DNA of 64,000 bases from Octopus vulgaris. Taxonomy: Eukaryota. The DNA lies in assembly GCA_951406725.2 (NCBI GenBank), contig OX597821.1, positions 113,956,001 to 114,020,000 of the forward strand, given 5' to 3'. Numbering within the stretch: the first letter of the stretch is position 1; the number at the start of each line of letters is the position of its first letter. The position numbers were made by a program, and so were the translations under genes. Positions 1 to 12,219 of this stretch are shown here, in pieces. Under the pieces are notes generated by a model. It did not search any database, had not been told where the DNA came from, and saw only the letters and a list, made by a program, of their open reading frames with translations.

Positions 1-279
1 CTGGAGTAATTTTCCCAAATTGGTGTCTAACGGACTTGTTAGAAAAGTTATATGTAGACAAAATACAGACCATCCTGAAGAAGGTTCAATCCTGCCCACG
101 GCCTTCACTAATAGGGTCTTACTAAAATTTAGGCACAGTTAAGAAACTTAATTTACCTCTTGGTTTTAGGTTCAGTCCCACAGCAGCACATTGAGCAAGT
201 ATTTTCTACTATAGCCCCTAATAGACTGACTAATGCCTCGTAAGTAAATTTATTTGATGGAAACTGCGTGAAAGCTATC

Positions 280-333
<54 letters not shown>

Positions 334-361
334 CTCCCTTTTCTGCTTAATTTATATTTTA

Positions 362-429
362 TATGTATTCTTTCCAGTTTCAGCACAGAGCTGCGGCCAT
401 GCTGGGGCACCGTCGTTAAAGTGTGAGAC
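362..429 (-). mobile_element. SINE/LINE-type 3' tail directly downstream of the 5S head
   Basis: The reverse complement contains GACGGTGCCCCAGCATGGCCGCAGCTCTGTGCTGAAACTGGAAAGAATA. This is the same 3' motif that ends SINE-A copies, e.g. 14702-14750 GGCGGTGCCCCAGCATGGCCGCAGTC...CTGAAACAAG. Confidence 0.75.
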
Positions 430-543
430 GCTTAGAGCACCTAGGCTTCCTAAGCGGTCACCCATCTAAGTACTCACTAGGCTCACCGTTGCTTAACTTC
501 GGTGAACGGACGAGAACCGGTGCTTTCAACATGATATGGCCGT
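430..543 (-). pseudogene. 5S rRNA-derived sequence (pseudogene or head of a 5S-derived SINE)
   Basis: The reverse complement reads ACGGCCATATCATGTTGAAAGCACCGGTTCTCGTCCGTTCACCGAAGTTAAGCAACGGTGAGCCTAGTGAGTACTTAGATGGGTGACCGCTTAGGAAGCCTAGGTGCTCTAAGC. This is a near full-length metazoan 5S with box A (AGTTAAGC) and a box C-like motif (AGATGGGTGACCG). It carries several substitutions, the first ~4 nt do not match, there is no oligo-T terminator, and it is not in a tandem array. Confidence 0.9.
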
Positions 544-545
544 GT

Positions 546-580
<35 letters not shown>

Positions 581-1143
581 AATTTTATTTAATTTGCTTT
601 GCGAGAAGGACAGTTTTAAAGAAGTCGCGTCTTGTCCTTACCTTCGAAACGTGGAGTAGATAAAACAGGGAACAACTGATGAAGGGAATATTCTTTATGT
701 TGCCTGTCTCGTTTCTATTTTTTTTCTTTTCTTTGTTCGAAAAAATGTTCGTTTTCTGTTTTTGTTTTCTATGTTCCCGTTTCTCATTCTGTCTACGTTT
801 CTTTTATATCCTGTACCCATATATGCATGTAAATATACATATATATGTAGATATGTACACGTATCTTTGTATATATGCATATATTTATATATTATTTATA
901 TTATTTATATTATATTATATTATATATATATATATATATATATATGTTTGTTTTTGTGTTCAGTTATAATAAAACTATTTTACATGAATCTGTTGGGTTA
1001 CGCTTAACTTTTGTATGGCACAAATTTATTATTCATAAACGAATGTTGTTGAGATTGGAAGTTTCGGCCTGCTAACCTTCGCTGGAAGATGGCGCAGCTG
1101 GGCGAAACTTGAAAGTCATTGTTAATAACGTTCTTGTTTAAGA

Positions 1144-1162
1144 TTAATAAATATACATACAC

Positions 1163-1193
<31 letters not shown>

Positions 1194-1320
1194 TGTATGT
1201 ATGTATGTATGTATGTATGTGTATGCATGTATGTATGTATGTATGTATGTATGTGTGTATGTGTGTGTGTATGTATGTATGTATGTGTGTGTGTATGTAT
1301 GTATGCATGTTTGTGTGTGT
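1144..1320. repeat. (TATG)n/(TG)n compound microsatellite
   Basis: Directly visible. It generates the MYVC/HTYI ORFs. Confidence 0.95.
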
Positions 1321-2929
1321 TTGTATTTGTATTTGGCCCTACCAGACCGCTTCACAAACGGTGTTGGTATGTTTACGCTCCCTAGTATGTGTTGGTATGT
1401 TTACGTAACCTGGCGGCAAAAGAAGCCAATTGAATTAGTACTGGTGTCGATTTGTTTGACTAAACGCTCAAAAGTGGTGCTCCAGCATGGCCACAATCCA
1501 AGTAAAAGACAAAACGAATGCATGATAAAGAATATTAGTGTTACAATTTACATTATTGAATATTTACAAATAGAAACTTCTTCTTCTTAACATCAATCAA
1601 ACGGCTAGGGTGGAGACTCATGAGAAAATCCACGTACATTTGACGTTGAATGTAAAATCAGTGTTTTCGTGTATGTATGGCTGGTGTAATGTTGCAACGA
1701 AAATGCATCAAACGTAAACAATTGGTTTTGTAAAGAGAAAAACAGCAGGAAATTAGAAAGTTGTCTTTAGCAATTAAATGCCTTACTGAATACTGCACAT
1801 TTAGTTGAGTAAGTATGCAAAGCACATTCTAAAATAGAAACGTTGAAGAATGAAGCCAAACGATCAGAAGTACGTGAGTGTCACCCACGAGTAGAAACAA
1901 CAGTGGTTGGGAGATGCAATAAACATAATTGACGCCTGTCGCTGACGCCGCCTCATCGTTTACTGCTGCAGTATGGGCAAGTGATTATCAGGATTTTGCT
2001 GCTAGAATGTTAGAGTGAACTTTAAGGCATTTTACTGAGTATTCCATTAGTTGTGATACGTAATTTCCGGACAGACAGGAGGAAGTTGCCGCCAAAAATA
2101 TAGGTTAGAGGTGGTGGAGGTGTAAACGAAAAGATAGGATGCAGAAAATGGAAGAAAAATATGATATAGCGAATTGTTAAAAATATTTATCAAGAATTGG
2201 GGAAATAAGATGAACTTTAAGAGCAAACGTCTGGTTGTAAAAGACAGAAGGGTAAGGGTTTCGAATTCTGGTTCAAGTGGGAAGGGGATAGTCAATTAAG
2301 TCGACCCACGTACTTGTCTGGTGCTTAATTTATCGACCCCTGAAGGATAAAAGACAAGGGCGCCTTTATATATATATATGCATTAGTTTGACGCTCGGGA
2401 AAATGAGAAATTAAGGCATTCATTTAATTGATTACTCTTCTACACTTTTATTTTATTTTCTTCAGTAAATGGACTGTGGTCATTCTGGAGCACCACTTTG
2501 AAAGGTTTTAACCGAACATATCGCTCCAGACATTTTTTTTTAAATGTGTGGTACCTATTCTGTCAGTCTTTTGCCAACATAGTAAGCTACGGGGACGTAA
2601 CAAAACCAATATCTGAGCGGTATTTGAACTTAAAACCTAGATATCGGAACAAATGTCGCCAGGAATCCTGTCCGACATTGATGTCCTTCCAGCTCCCCAG
2701 CATGCAATGATTCTTTCTAATTTTTGAGACAAGACCAGAAATTTTGTGAACGGGTTAATCAATTATATCGACCCTAGTACTTCACCGGTAGATTTGATTT
2801 TATCTCACCTAAAGAAAATAAAAGAGAAAGCCGCCCTCAGCGGCATTTGAATCTAGGAAGTAAAAAGCCGGCGAAAATGCCACAAAGAATTTTATGCCAG
2901 CTCGCTTACTTCGAAACAACAGTAATTTT

Positions 2930-3365
2930 AATTTCAAATTTTGGCACAAAACCAGCAATTTTGTGGGAGGGTTAAGTAAATTATATCGACCCCAGCGTTC
3001 TTATTTTATCGACCCCGAAAAGGAAAAGTTGACCTCGGAGGAATTTTAACTCGGGACGTAAAAACAGGTCAAATGCCGCAAAGCATTTTGCCCGGTCTGT
3101 TGCGATTCTTATTTCTTTATTACCCACAAGGGGCTAAACATAGAGGGGACAAACAAGGACAGACAAAAGGATTGAGTCGATTATATCGACCCCAGTGCAT
3201 TATTGGTACTTATTTAATCGACTCCGAAAGGATGAAAGGCAAAGTCAACCTCGGCGGAATTTGAACTCAGAACGTAGCGGCAGACGAAATACCGCTAAGC
3301 ATTTCGCCCGGCGTGCTAACGTTTCTGCCAGCTCTCCGCTAACGATTCTACCTGCTCCCTGCCTT
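2930..3365 (-). mobile_element. Nested SINE-B: a young Tx1-tailed copy (~3110-3342) inside the head of an older copy
   Basis: tRNA-like head (GAGCTGGCAGAAACGTTAG...GAGTTCAAATTCC), central GTCGAC/GCCTTTCATCCTTTCGG block and tail TTTGTCTGTCCTTGTTTGTCCCCTCT. CGATTCT is duplicated at 3103-3109 and 3343-3349. Confidence 0.8.
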
Positions 3366-3991
3366 CGAAACAACAGTAATAAAAACATCACAAGACAAAA
3401 GACAATAAAAACAACAACATATAGATAGAAAATTAGCGGATGTAGAATGTAACAACAAAACATCCAGGTGAGAAAATTACTGTTTGTAAATCTCACAACG
3501 AGAGATATTCAGCAACAATAATTGCCAACATGTCTCCTGGGACTAAATTAAAGCAACATTCGTCCTAAACCAGGACTGCCATGTTATGTTGGTTATCTTT
3601 ACTCCAAAACATCCAGGGTTTGCAGTTTTACTGACTGTCCCACCAGAAGGACCAGAATTCTCACACTCACACTTTGACACACACCTATATTATGATCCTA
3701 CACCTTCTAATAACAAACTGCTTCTTACGCAGATGACACGTCAGTCACAATCTTCCAATATTCTCGACATACAGACGCATGTCCATTCCATTCCTATATC
3801 AATAAATCTGGTCAATATATATTGGGACCACATTGCCTTATCTAGTCCCGAAAGAACAGAATTAAGTACTACCTACTGAACCCACCATTTCTTTTCTTAG
3901 CAGTAAAATCAGTGAATATTAAGTACAACTAATGGTCACACACAAACATGAACATAAAGGTGACACAGGACATAACAAAACGGTTACTTAC

Positions 3992-4048
3992 GGTAAATAC
4001 ACAACATTCACAGCTGATGTAGTAAAACAATCGTTTTACAGGCGCCAT
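3992..4048 (-). CDS. Candidate first coding exon of an unidentified host gene (MAPVKRLFYYISCECCVFT)
   Basis: Minus strand CAAATATGGCG (strong start context, YY1-like CGCCATATT on +), 19 open codons, then ACC|GTAAGT, a consensus donor in phase 0. No downstream exon identified. Confidence 0.3.
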
Positions 4049-4530
4049 ATTTGACCACCAAAAACAAGCAAAAAAAAGGCATTAGATATGCATATAAGAC
4101 GTTAGATGCATCGTGGATTATAGTAATTCACACTAAAACTGTAATCTCTTCACACTAAAGGACAATAAACTATAAGGAACACACAAATATGCACTTTGCA
4201 ACACCACAAGTTGCACATGGATACAGACCAGCTGCACAACGTAATGAAAAATACGTAAATGAAAAACTATTTCGACATGCGAGAAGTACAGTTTATCACA
4301 TCAGTAAACTTCAAACCTTACAAAACCTCTCACAGCATGGAAAATTACTTCCAAGCATATAGGTTAACTGTGGTCAAAATGTGACTGGCGAGCCTTATGC
4401 GACTCTCGAAGGTACATTGTATGACCCTGAAGATAATATTGGTTTTCAGTGCTATTTTTAACAAATTCCCTCATACCACAAACTGCCATCTAAAAATGAG
4501 GATACATTGACTTATGTGGTCATAGATGTA

Positions 4531-4833
4531 TGTTTGTTCCTTTTCGAGCAACACCTGGCTCATAAGGGCCGGTTTCCCGGTTACCTTGGCGTATAGGTTC
4601 CCCACCTGGACGGGACGCCGGTCTGTCGCAGGTGAGCTGCAAGATGCAGGAGGAAAGAGTGAGAGAAGGTTGTGGCGAAAGAGTCAGCAGAGGTTCGCCA
4701 TTACCTTCTGCCGGAGCTGCGTGGAGCTTTGGTGTTTTGCTCATAAACACACACATCGCCCGTTCTGAGATTCGAACCCGCGATCCTTCGACCGCTATTT
4801 CGCTGCTCTAACCACTAGGCTATGGGCCTCCAC
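4531..4833 (-). mobile_element. tRNA-derived SINE-C, tail type 1, with 13-bp TSD
   Basis: Head GTGGAGGCCCATAGCCTAGTGGTTAGAGC...GGGTTCGAATCTC (A/B boxes). Flanks GGTCATAGATGTA (4518-4530) and GGTCTTAGATGTA (4834-4846). Confidence 0.85.
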
Positions 4834-5015
4834 GGTCTTAGATGTACTATTCCTAAAAACAAGGCGGAGCAGCCATAATTGAAAAGCCTTTGATCAGAGA
4901 CTTTCTCAGGCAGAACTCACCTATAACTGGAAAGAATGACAAAATACATCTCCATTCTACTTGAAAACGAAGAAGACATATTAAATATTAAAGCCCTCAT
5001 GTAGATAGCCCTAAT

Positions 5016-5404
5016 CGTGGCACTCCGTCAATTACAACGATGTGGGCTCCAGTTGATCCGATCAGCAGAACAGCCTGCGCGTGAAATTAGAGTGCAAATG
5101 GCCGAGCACTCCACAGACACGTGTACCCTTAACGTAGTTCTCGGGGATATTCAGCGTGACACAGAGTGTGACAAGGCTGGCCCTTTTGAAATACAGGTAC
5201 AACAGAAACAGGAAGAAAGAGTGAGAAAAATTGTGAGGAAAGAGTACAGCAGGGTTCACCACCACTACCACCCCCTGCTGGAGCCTCATGGAGCTTTAGG
5301 TGTTTTCACTCAGTAAACACTCACAACACCCGGTCTAGGAATCGAAACCGCGACCCTACGACCGCAAGTCCGCTGTTCTAACCACTGGGCCATTGCGCCT
5401 CCAC
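5016..5404 (-). mobile_element. tRNA-derived SINE-C, tail type 2, with perfect 11-bp TSD
   Basis: Head GTGGAGGCGCAATGGCCCAGTGGTTAG...GGTTTCGATTCC. ATAGCCCTAAT at 5005-5015 and 5405-5415. The body and tail recur in opposite orientation at ~48065-48297. Confidence 0.88.
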
Positions 5405-7143
5405 ATAGCCCTAATAAGACAAAATGGTCAAGACTGGAGTGCCGTTGATCAAAGATCTTCTCGATCAGGGTTGCCTATTGTGGTTCATTAACGACTGCAA
5501 TGTGAACAGACACATATACATATATTTGTCTCTGCATGTATGTGCTGAAGGAAAATCCTAACTGTGTGTGTGTATGTGCGTTCGTGCGTGCGCGTGTGTG
5601 TTTGTGTGTGGATGAAAACATTGTATGATATATTGCAGAACATACACTGTTAAAACAAAATAACACGAAACACTCTAAAGTGGCAAAACTAATCTCAAAT
5701 GTAAAATATTGTTTCTTTGGACGTATTAAATTAATATATTTCGCTCTACAACAATCCAAACATAATTCTTTATTTAATAGGCTAATATATATGCCAAGGA
5801 AAAATTTCATATATCTGAAATAATTACGGCAGCAGGTGAACTTTGTTGAAAGGAAGAAGATAGCTGTTAACAAGAAATTTAATGAAAAAAAAATCACAAT
5901 TATAAACAAATCCCAGAGAGCTGCAAAGTAGCAAAGGAGCAACTTAAGGCAGAAAAGCTGTCAAATCTAGATAGCATGTAGTAATAACATACAACAAATC
6001 AACATTTACCATCACCAGCAGCCTGCTACATACATCGTAACAGCTAGTCATGAGGTGAGGGGCTTAATTATAAGTAACAGACACCCACGCTCAATAACAC
6101 TGAGGGAAGCAACGGTTAGGATTTAGGTGAAATGCAACAAAAATCATACAAATATAACTTTTTCAAGAATCTGGTCTACATCATGAATTAGTCTACATTT
6201 TGAATGTGGTTTTTAACTGTTGTAGCTGATTTTTATCTTTTGTCATATCACTTTTAACCTGTCATGGTAGGTTGAATACAATTAAGTTGTGTTGTTACAT
6301 ATATTTAAAAGATAGGAATTCCTGAAATTCGATTTCCTAATTAAATCATAAATAACTAATAATGATAAAGCATTAGTAATTCTGATACACCGTTTAGTAC
6401 AAACTGAAGGAAGAGAAAATCCAGAGAAATTTACTTGATAAAACGCAAAAAGTAAACACAGGAAGTCTTTTTACGAGAAGGTTTTTCCTAAAGTAAGGTT
6501 AAATTTTGTTTCACGTTCAGAAAAGTATTTTGGTTCTAGTTCCTGACCCCAGAAAGATAACAATACCACTGCTGTTTTGTGGTTTAGGATTTGGCGACAT
6601 GCGTGGATATCTGCCGTATGGGACCAAGCCTTATCGAAGAATTTTACTTTTGACACGAACAGTGGTAAAACATAAATCTATTACAGCATAGAAAACTAAC
6701 GCGGAAGTAATGTCTACAGTACATATGCCGGCTTTATATTGGCGTTGATATAATGTCAACATAAACTGTTACATGAATCGTAACGAGTAAGGAATATTTC
6801 TTCAACTACAAAATAACAAATGTCATTAAAATGAGAAAATGTCTGGAAGTAAAAGGAAAATGATGTATACAAATCACTCAAGAGAGGTTCCACATAATCA
6901 GCTCGACATGCTGAAAATAGTAGGTGTATATTATAAAATGAGGGATGGTAATAGCTCGAACACTTTCGATCAAAGACGGACCTGATTAAAGCACGCAGAA
7001 GTATTAGCAACGATAATACGACAACTTACTCTCTCCCTCTCTTTCTCTCTCTCATTCTCTCTCTCATTCTCTCTCTCTCTCTCATTCTCTCCCCCCCTCT
7101 CTCTCTCTCACTCACAGACACATCTAAAAGACGGTTAGGACGT

Positions 7144-7178
<35 letters not shown>

Positions 7179-7207
7179 CTTACAAACAAGATTTATATAT
7201 GTATATA

Positions 7208-7571
7208 CACTACCGTCAGAAATTAATTAGCACCCTTGATTTGCTCTTCACTCAAGGTATGTGCTGTCACCTAGTGGCCATATCTCGAACTATTGCTTTG
7301 TTGCGAGTTCACTGTTGCGCAGAACGATGACGTAACTTTGTTTGCAGAGCAGTTTGAGAGTCTACAGCCTTATGATGTTGACATAGCAGTGCAACAACTT
7401 GGAGTGCGGATGCAGACAAATCTTCCTTTGGTAGCGCCTCGCAAGGACCGAAATCACACCGTACTAAGTTTTCTCATCGCGTAAGACGTTTTGAACAGCT
7501 CATAAGGTTAATTGATTTAACCTATTTAATGTAGAAATTTGAGAAGTGCTAATTAATTTCTGACGCAAGTG
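7208..7571. mobile_element. Tc1/mariner-type MITE (364 bp) with TA TSD
   Basis: Left TIR CACTACCGTCAGAAATTAATTAGCAC and right TIR (revcomp) CACTTGCGTCAGAAATTAATTAGCAC. TA flanks at 7206-7207 and 7572-7573. No transposase ORF. Confidence 0.88.
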
Positions 7572-7573
7572 TA

Positions 7574-7725
7574 CACGACGGACTCGTTTCAGTTTCCATT
7601 TGCCAAATCCACTCACAAGGTCAGCCTATGGTTATAATAGAAGACACTTGCCCAAGGTTCCATATAGTGGGACTGAACCAGGAACCATGCGGCTGGGAAG
7701 CAAACTACCACACAGCCACACCTGA
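7574..7725 (-). mobile_element. SINE-A 5' half
   Basis: Matches the SINE-A head/core (GGTTCAGTCCCACT..., CCTTGGGCAAGTGTCTTCTA, GTGAGTGGATTTGG). Confidence 0.8.
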
Positions 7726-8719
7726 ATAATGATATTCCGGATTATATATTGGAACTCAAATGGTGCAAATTATATTCACATTTGTTGAGGCCTCTCTCAA
7801 TTCTAGAATTTAGTTTAAATTCCCATGCGATCTTTATACCCCTCTTGTATAATATTCCAATCTGAGTTGATTTAGAATGATTTACAAGTTTTAGAATTCT
7901 TTGAAATGAAAAAGCTGATCAACGAATGTAAGAACAAGAACGGAAAATACAATTTATATAAAATAATTTACTTCGACTTTGATGCCTTCTTCTGTCCATA
8001 TGTACGCCATTACTTAACGATAACGTACAAAGATTTTGTACTTTATAGCGTCACCGAAAAAATGGATAAAAAGTGAAGAGTTAGTGATTGAAAAGTTTAA
8101 AATAAGATTAGGGAATATATTATCGTAGGGATTGTATTAAAGTTGTGCCATATCTCAGTCACAAATAGCTGCAATAACGATTATGAAGTTTGCAATATTA
8201 AACCGCAATTAAATGGGGAAAAAAGAGAACGATTGGCATATGTTTGTTGAAGTGAATCAATTTAGACTTGACTGTCGTTTGTTAATGTGAAAACCTATGA
8301 ATCGTACAAATGCCGAAACCCTAGCCATCACATGCGATGGTTATTTGAGGTTTTATAACTTTAAAATTGTTCAAAATCTGACTGCAGTGAAACCAGAACG
8401 GAAGAGGCAGTCATGCAATGATATTGGCATTTCAGGCCAACAAAAGGAGAAAAGATTTCGGTGAAGGAGGTTCATTATTGTATGTTATATACATTGAAGA
8501 AATCTAGAAACGGTATAGCGATATAAATAATGCGAAGAATATCTATGATAAATGATGGTTGCTTACAGAATATCATAGCTGGGAAATAGAATGGAATATC
8601 ACTTATATGAGAGAATGTCTTCTCTCAGACTCCGGAGACCAAGGGTAAATGTTTAGTCGAGATATCATAACTTGAAATAAATAAGATATAAGTTTTCTCT
8701 TCAAAGGAGATATTCATAT

Positions 8720-8764
<45 letters not shown>

Positions 8765-8869
8765 CAGCTGAGAAATATATTCCTCTACATGCTGTTGGTG
8801 GCGTTTCGGAGTATTTATAGCAACATACATTATTCTACATAGCATCACTTCACAGAGAGATTGAAGTCT

Positions 8870-9268
<399 letters not shown>

Positions 9269-9279
9269 GTAGAATGATG

Positions 9280-9580
9280 ATGGTCTTTCCCGTCGAAGAT
9301 GGCGTGTGAGTGTTCAGCTTTTTGCCGAATTATCTGCACAAATGATTTGTTAATAATGATCAAACGTGTGTGTTGTACTTTAGCTCACCCCTTGCATCAA
9401 ATCAATGTTTCCTGAACAGGTAAACGATCTACCACGCGTCGGGTATCAACGCGATCGCAGAGCAATGTGGCATGAAATGTTTTGCTCAAGAACACAACGT
9501 ACCACCCGGTCTAGGAATTGAAACCACAATCTTACGATCGTGGGTGCAACACCCTAACCACTAGGCCAAGAGCCCTCACA
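9280..9580 (-). mobile_element. tRNA-derived SINE (C-related head, TGTGTTCTTGAGCAAAACA core)
   Basis: The reverse complement GTGAGGGCTCTTGGCCTAGTGGTTAGGGTGTTG...GGTTTCAATTCCTAGACCGG is related to 25100-25350, 43650-43890 and 61385-61685. Confidence 0.7.
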
Positions 9581-10584
9581 TACAACAGAATAGATGTCCG
9601 TAAACACACTTTTAGAATATTTCAGAGAAAACTTCACTAAAATGTAGGCCTTGTGTCTCTCAGCTTCAGTCATAGACAACAAATAAAGAACGTTGCCCAC
9701 ATTACACAATTTCGGGTGAGGAGAATAAACAAGGAAAAAGAAGGCAGTTTCTTAAAAAATGCGATGAACCAAGATGAATTAAACCCTTCTTACTTTCGAC
9801 TGGCCATGATAGATGTCTAAGAAAACCATAAAGAAAATAATTCAACGAAGATTGCCTACAAATGATAAAACCATTTGGAAGTTGTGATATAATGACGTGG
9901 GTTTGTTTCACTTGTCACATTTTTAGACCACACATAAATCACTAAAACATAAGTTTCACCGTCTGTCGTAACATATTTCTTTGTAAAATAGACTAGTAAT
10001 TCTAGACAGATGCACACAACCAGCATGATAATCCACCTGCTTATTCAGTCATATTTGTTAAAAATATTACATCAAAATCATGAATTTAACATGTAGGTTA
10101 TGGCTAATATATTTAATATATGTTAGCTGTAACCTACACTAAAACTGTTAGAAAGGAATATATCGTAAGAAATAATAATATTTAATGAGTGGTGTTATTA
10201 AAGAAAGGTCATTTAAGCAAAATGTAATCCTTGATTACTATAAAATGACAAAATGCTCACGGATTGAACGATCGCTTTTGACCACAGGCCTGACTACACA
10301 ACAACAACAATTGCATGGAAACAAGGTTTTCAGTTGCACCTCTACAACACAAACGACACTTCTGCGTACATACACACATGCACACACACACACACACCAC
10401 CACCACCACCACATCCTATGACACTTTTAAAATCTCCAGAAAGATTCAATATAGATATTACCAACCCACGTATTCACTCTGCAATACGTAACATGGATCC
10501 CGACCGTTATACACATCCACCATTCTAATCACACACCTTGCGACACAAAATATACGCGACGACTTCACATCCACCCCACACAAC

Positions 10585-10870
10585 ATCCTGATTAACATCA
10601 ACGTCAGTAAAAGTTTCCACTCCATTGTCCACTAATCACTTATAACAACTTCTTAAAGAAGCGGCAGAAAACTCCAGGTAGTAAAGTGTCTCTTTAGTTA
10701 TCAAACTTAGATAATATGCAGCAACAACACATCCAGATTTTATTAGTTCAGTAACTGGTGTACCACAAGGATCTGTTCTTTCCTATATTCTTTTTAACAT
10801 ACACATCTACGACAATCTCTTCTCCTCGCATACAGTCTCGTATGCAAAAGACATAGAATTCACATATTTC
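10585..10870 (+). pseudogene. Decayed non-LTR retrotransposon reverse transcriptase fragment
   Basis: Manual translation: ILININVSKSFHSIVH (cf. D.SKAFD.V.H) near 10585. From 10757 in one frame: GVPQGSVLSYILFNIHIYD...SYAKDI (cf. GVPQGSVLSP.LFN.Y..D and YADD). Stops and frameshifts lie between the blocks. Confidence 0.8.
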
Positions 10871-11557
10871 TACTTTTAGTGAGACGTCTTCGGAATAACT
10901 CATCTTTACATCAATCTACTTGAAACTTTATTATAAAAACGGGTTTAAAGCAGCCCCCATCACAAAGTCAACGTTTTGTTTCTTACTAACAACAGCAAAA
11001 ACAGGAGATTTTGGTAATAGTCAATAACCAAACACATCCCAGCGAACGAAGGGAGCGAGAGAGAGGGGGGAAGAGAAAGAGAGAGAGGACAATATAAGGA
11101 GTATAAGCGTTGAAAACAACGCACAAATGTATTTAGAGCCGTCACAGCTTTCTCATTTCACAAACACAGACATAGTTAATAATGGAGAAAAAACAATACA
11201 TTCTATGAAGGCACAAACTCTTACAAGGAATATACGAGACGATGACAGAACTTCTACGTTGTTATTTCGCCTGCTAGAAATAGTAGACATATCTATCTCA
11301 AATTATAGCACTTTATTTCTATTGAAGACTGTACGCTCATGACTGGAACAAGTTTGATCATAGATTTTTTTCTCGAATTGAACTTACTCTCAGAAAACAA
11401 TTATGAATACGACTCACTTTGCATTTTCGCGAGATGCCATCTGATTGATCAAACAAACAGATCAGTCACAGGATGAGATAAAAAGTCTAGCCGGACGTTG
11501 GAAGAGAACTGTTTAATAAAGTAGCTAAGCTCAACCCTTACCAGTTTATTTTACTAT

Positions 11558-11840
11558 AGGCGCAGGCGTGGCTGTGTGGTAAGAAGTTTGCCTCCTAACC
11601 ACATGGTTCCGGGTTCATTCCCACTGCCTGGCACCTTGGACAAGTGCCTTCTACTATAGCCTTGGACTGGGCAAAGTCTTGTGAGTTAATCTGGTAAGCG
11701 GAAACTGAAAGAAGCCCATGGTATATTTATTTGTGTGTATGTAACTTTGTGTCTGCATTTGGCCCCACCACTGCTTCACAATCGGAGTTGGTCTCTTTAC
11801 GCCCTTATAACTTAGAGGTTCGACAAAAGAGACCCGTAGT
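11558..11840 (+). mobile_element. SINE-A (tRNA head, CORE-like block, internal microsatellite)
   Basis: AGGCGCAGGCGTGGCTGTGTGGTAAG...GGGTTCATTCCC...GCACCTTGGACAAGTG. Same family as the ~25 copies in the window. Confidence 0.85.
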
Positions 11841-12092
11841 GGCAGGTTTTACAAATGATAATAATAATAATAATGATGATGATGATGATGATGACGCATG
11901 CCCTGCGTCAAGATAATTTTTTTCGCAAATCATTGTGTGGCTTAGAATGTGTTGCTTATCCATGCTTTATAATTGAACTGCGTTAGAGTTTTGTTTCTTT
12001 TTAAGTATCACCATTATAAGTATTAATATTCCGGTGGAATTAAGAAATCAATTCGTAAATAAACGAAACCCTAGAATCCATCACTGTACACA

Positions 12093-12179
<87 letters not shown>

Positions 12180-12219
12180 ACATACAGTCACATATCTATG
12201 TATATATTTATGTATGCTT

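Noticed and set aside
430-543. Functional 5S rRNA gene
   Set aside because: The 5' end is altered, substitutions disrupt stems, there is no T-run terminator and no tandem array.
5330-5404. tRNA gene (also other A/B-box heads)
   Set aside because: These continue into SINE bodies with TSDs and lack a properly paired acceptor stem. They are SINE heads.
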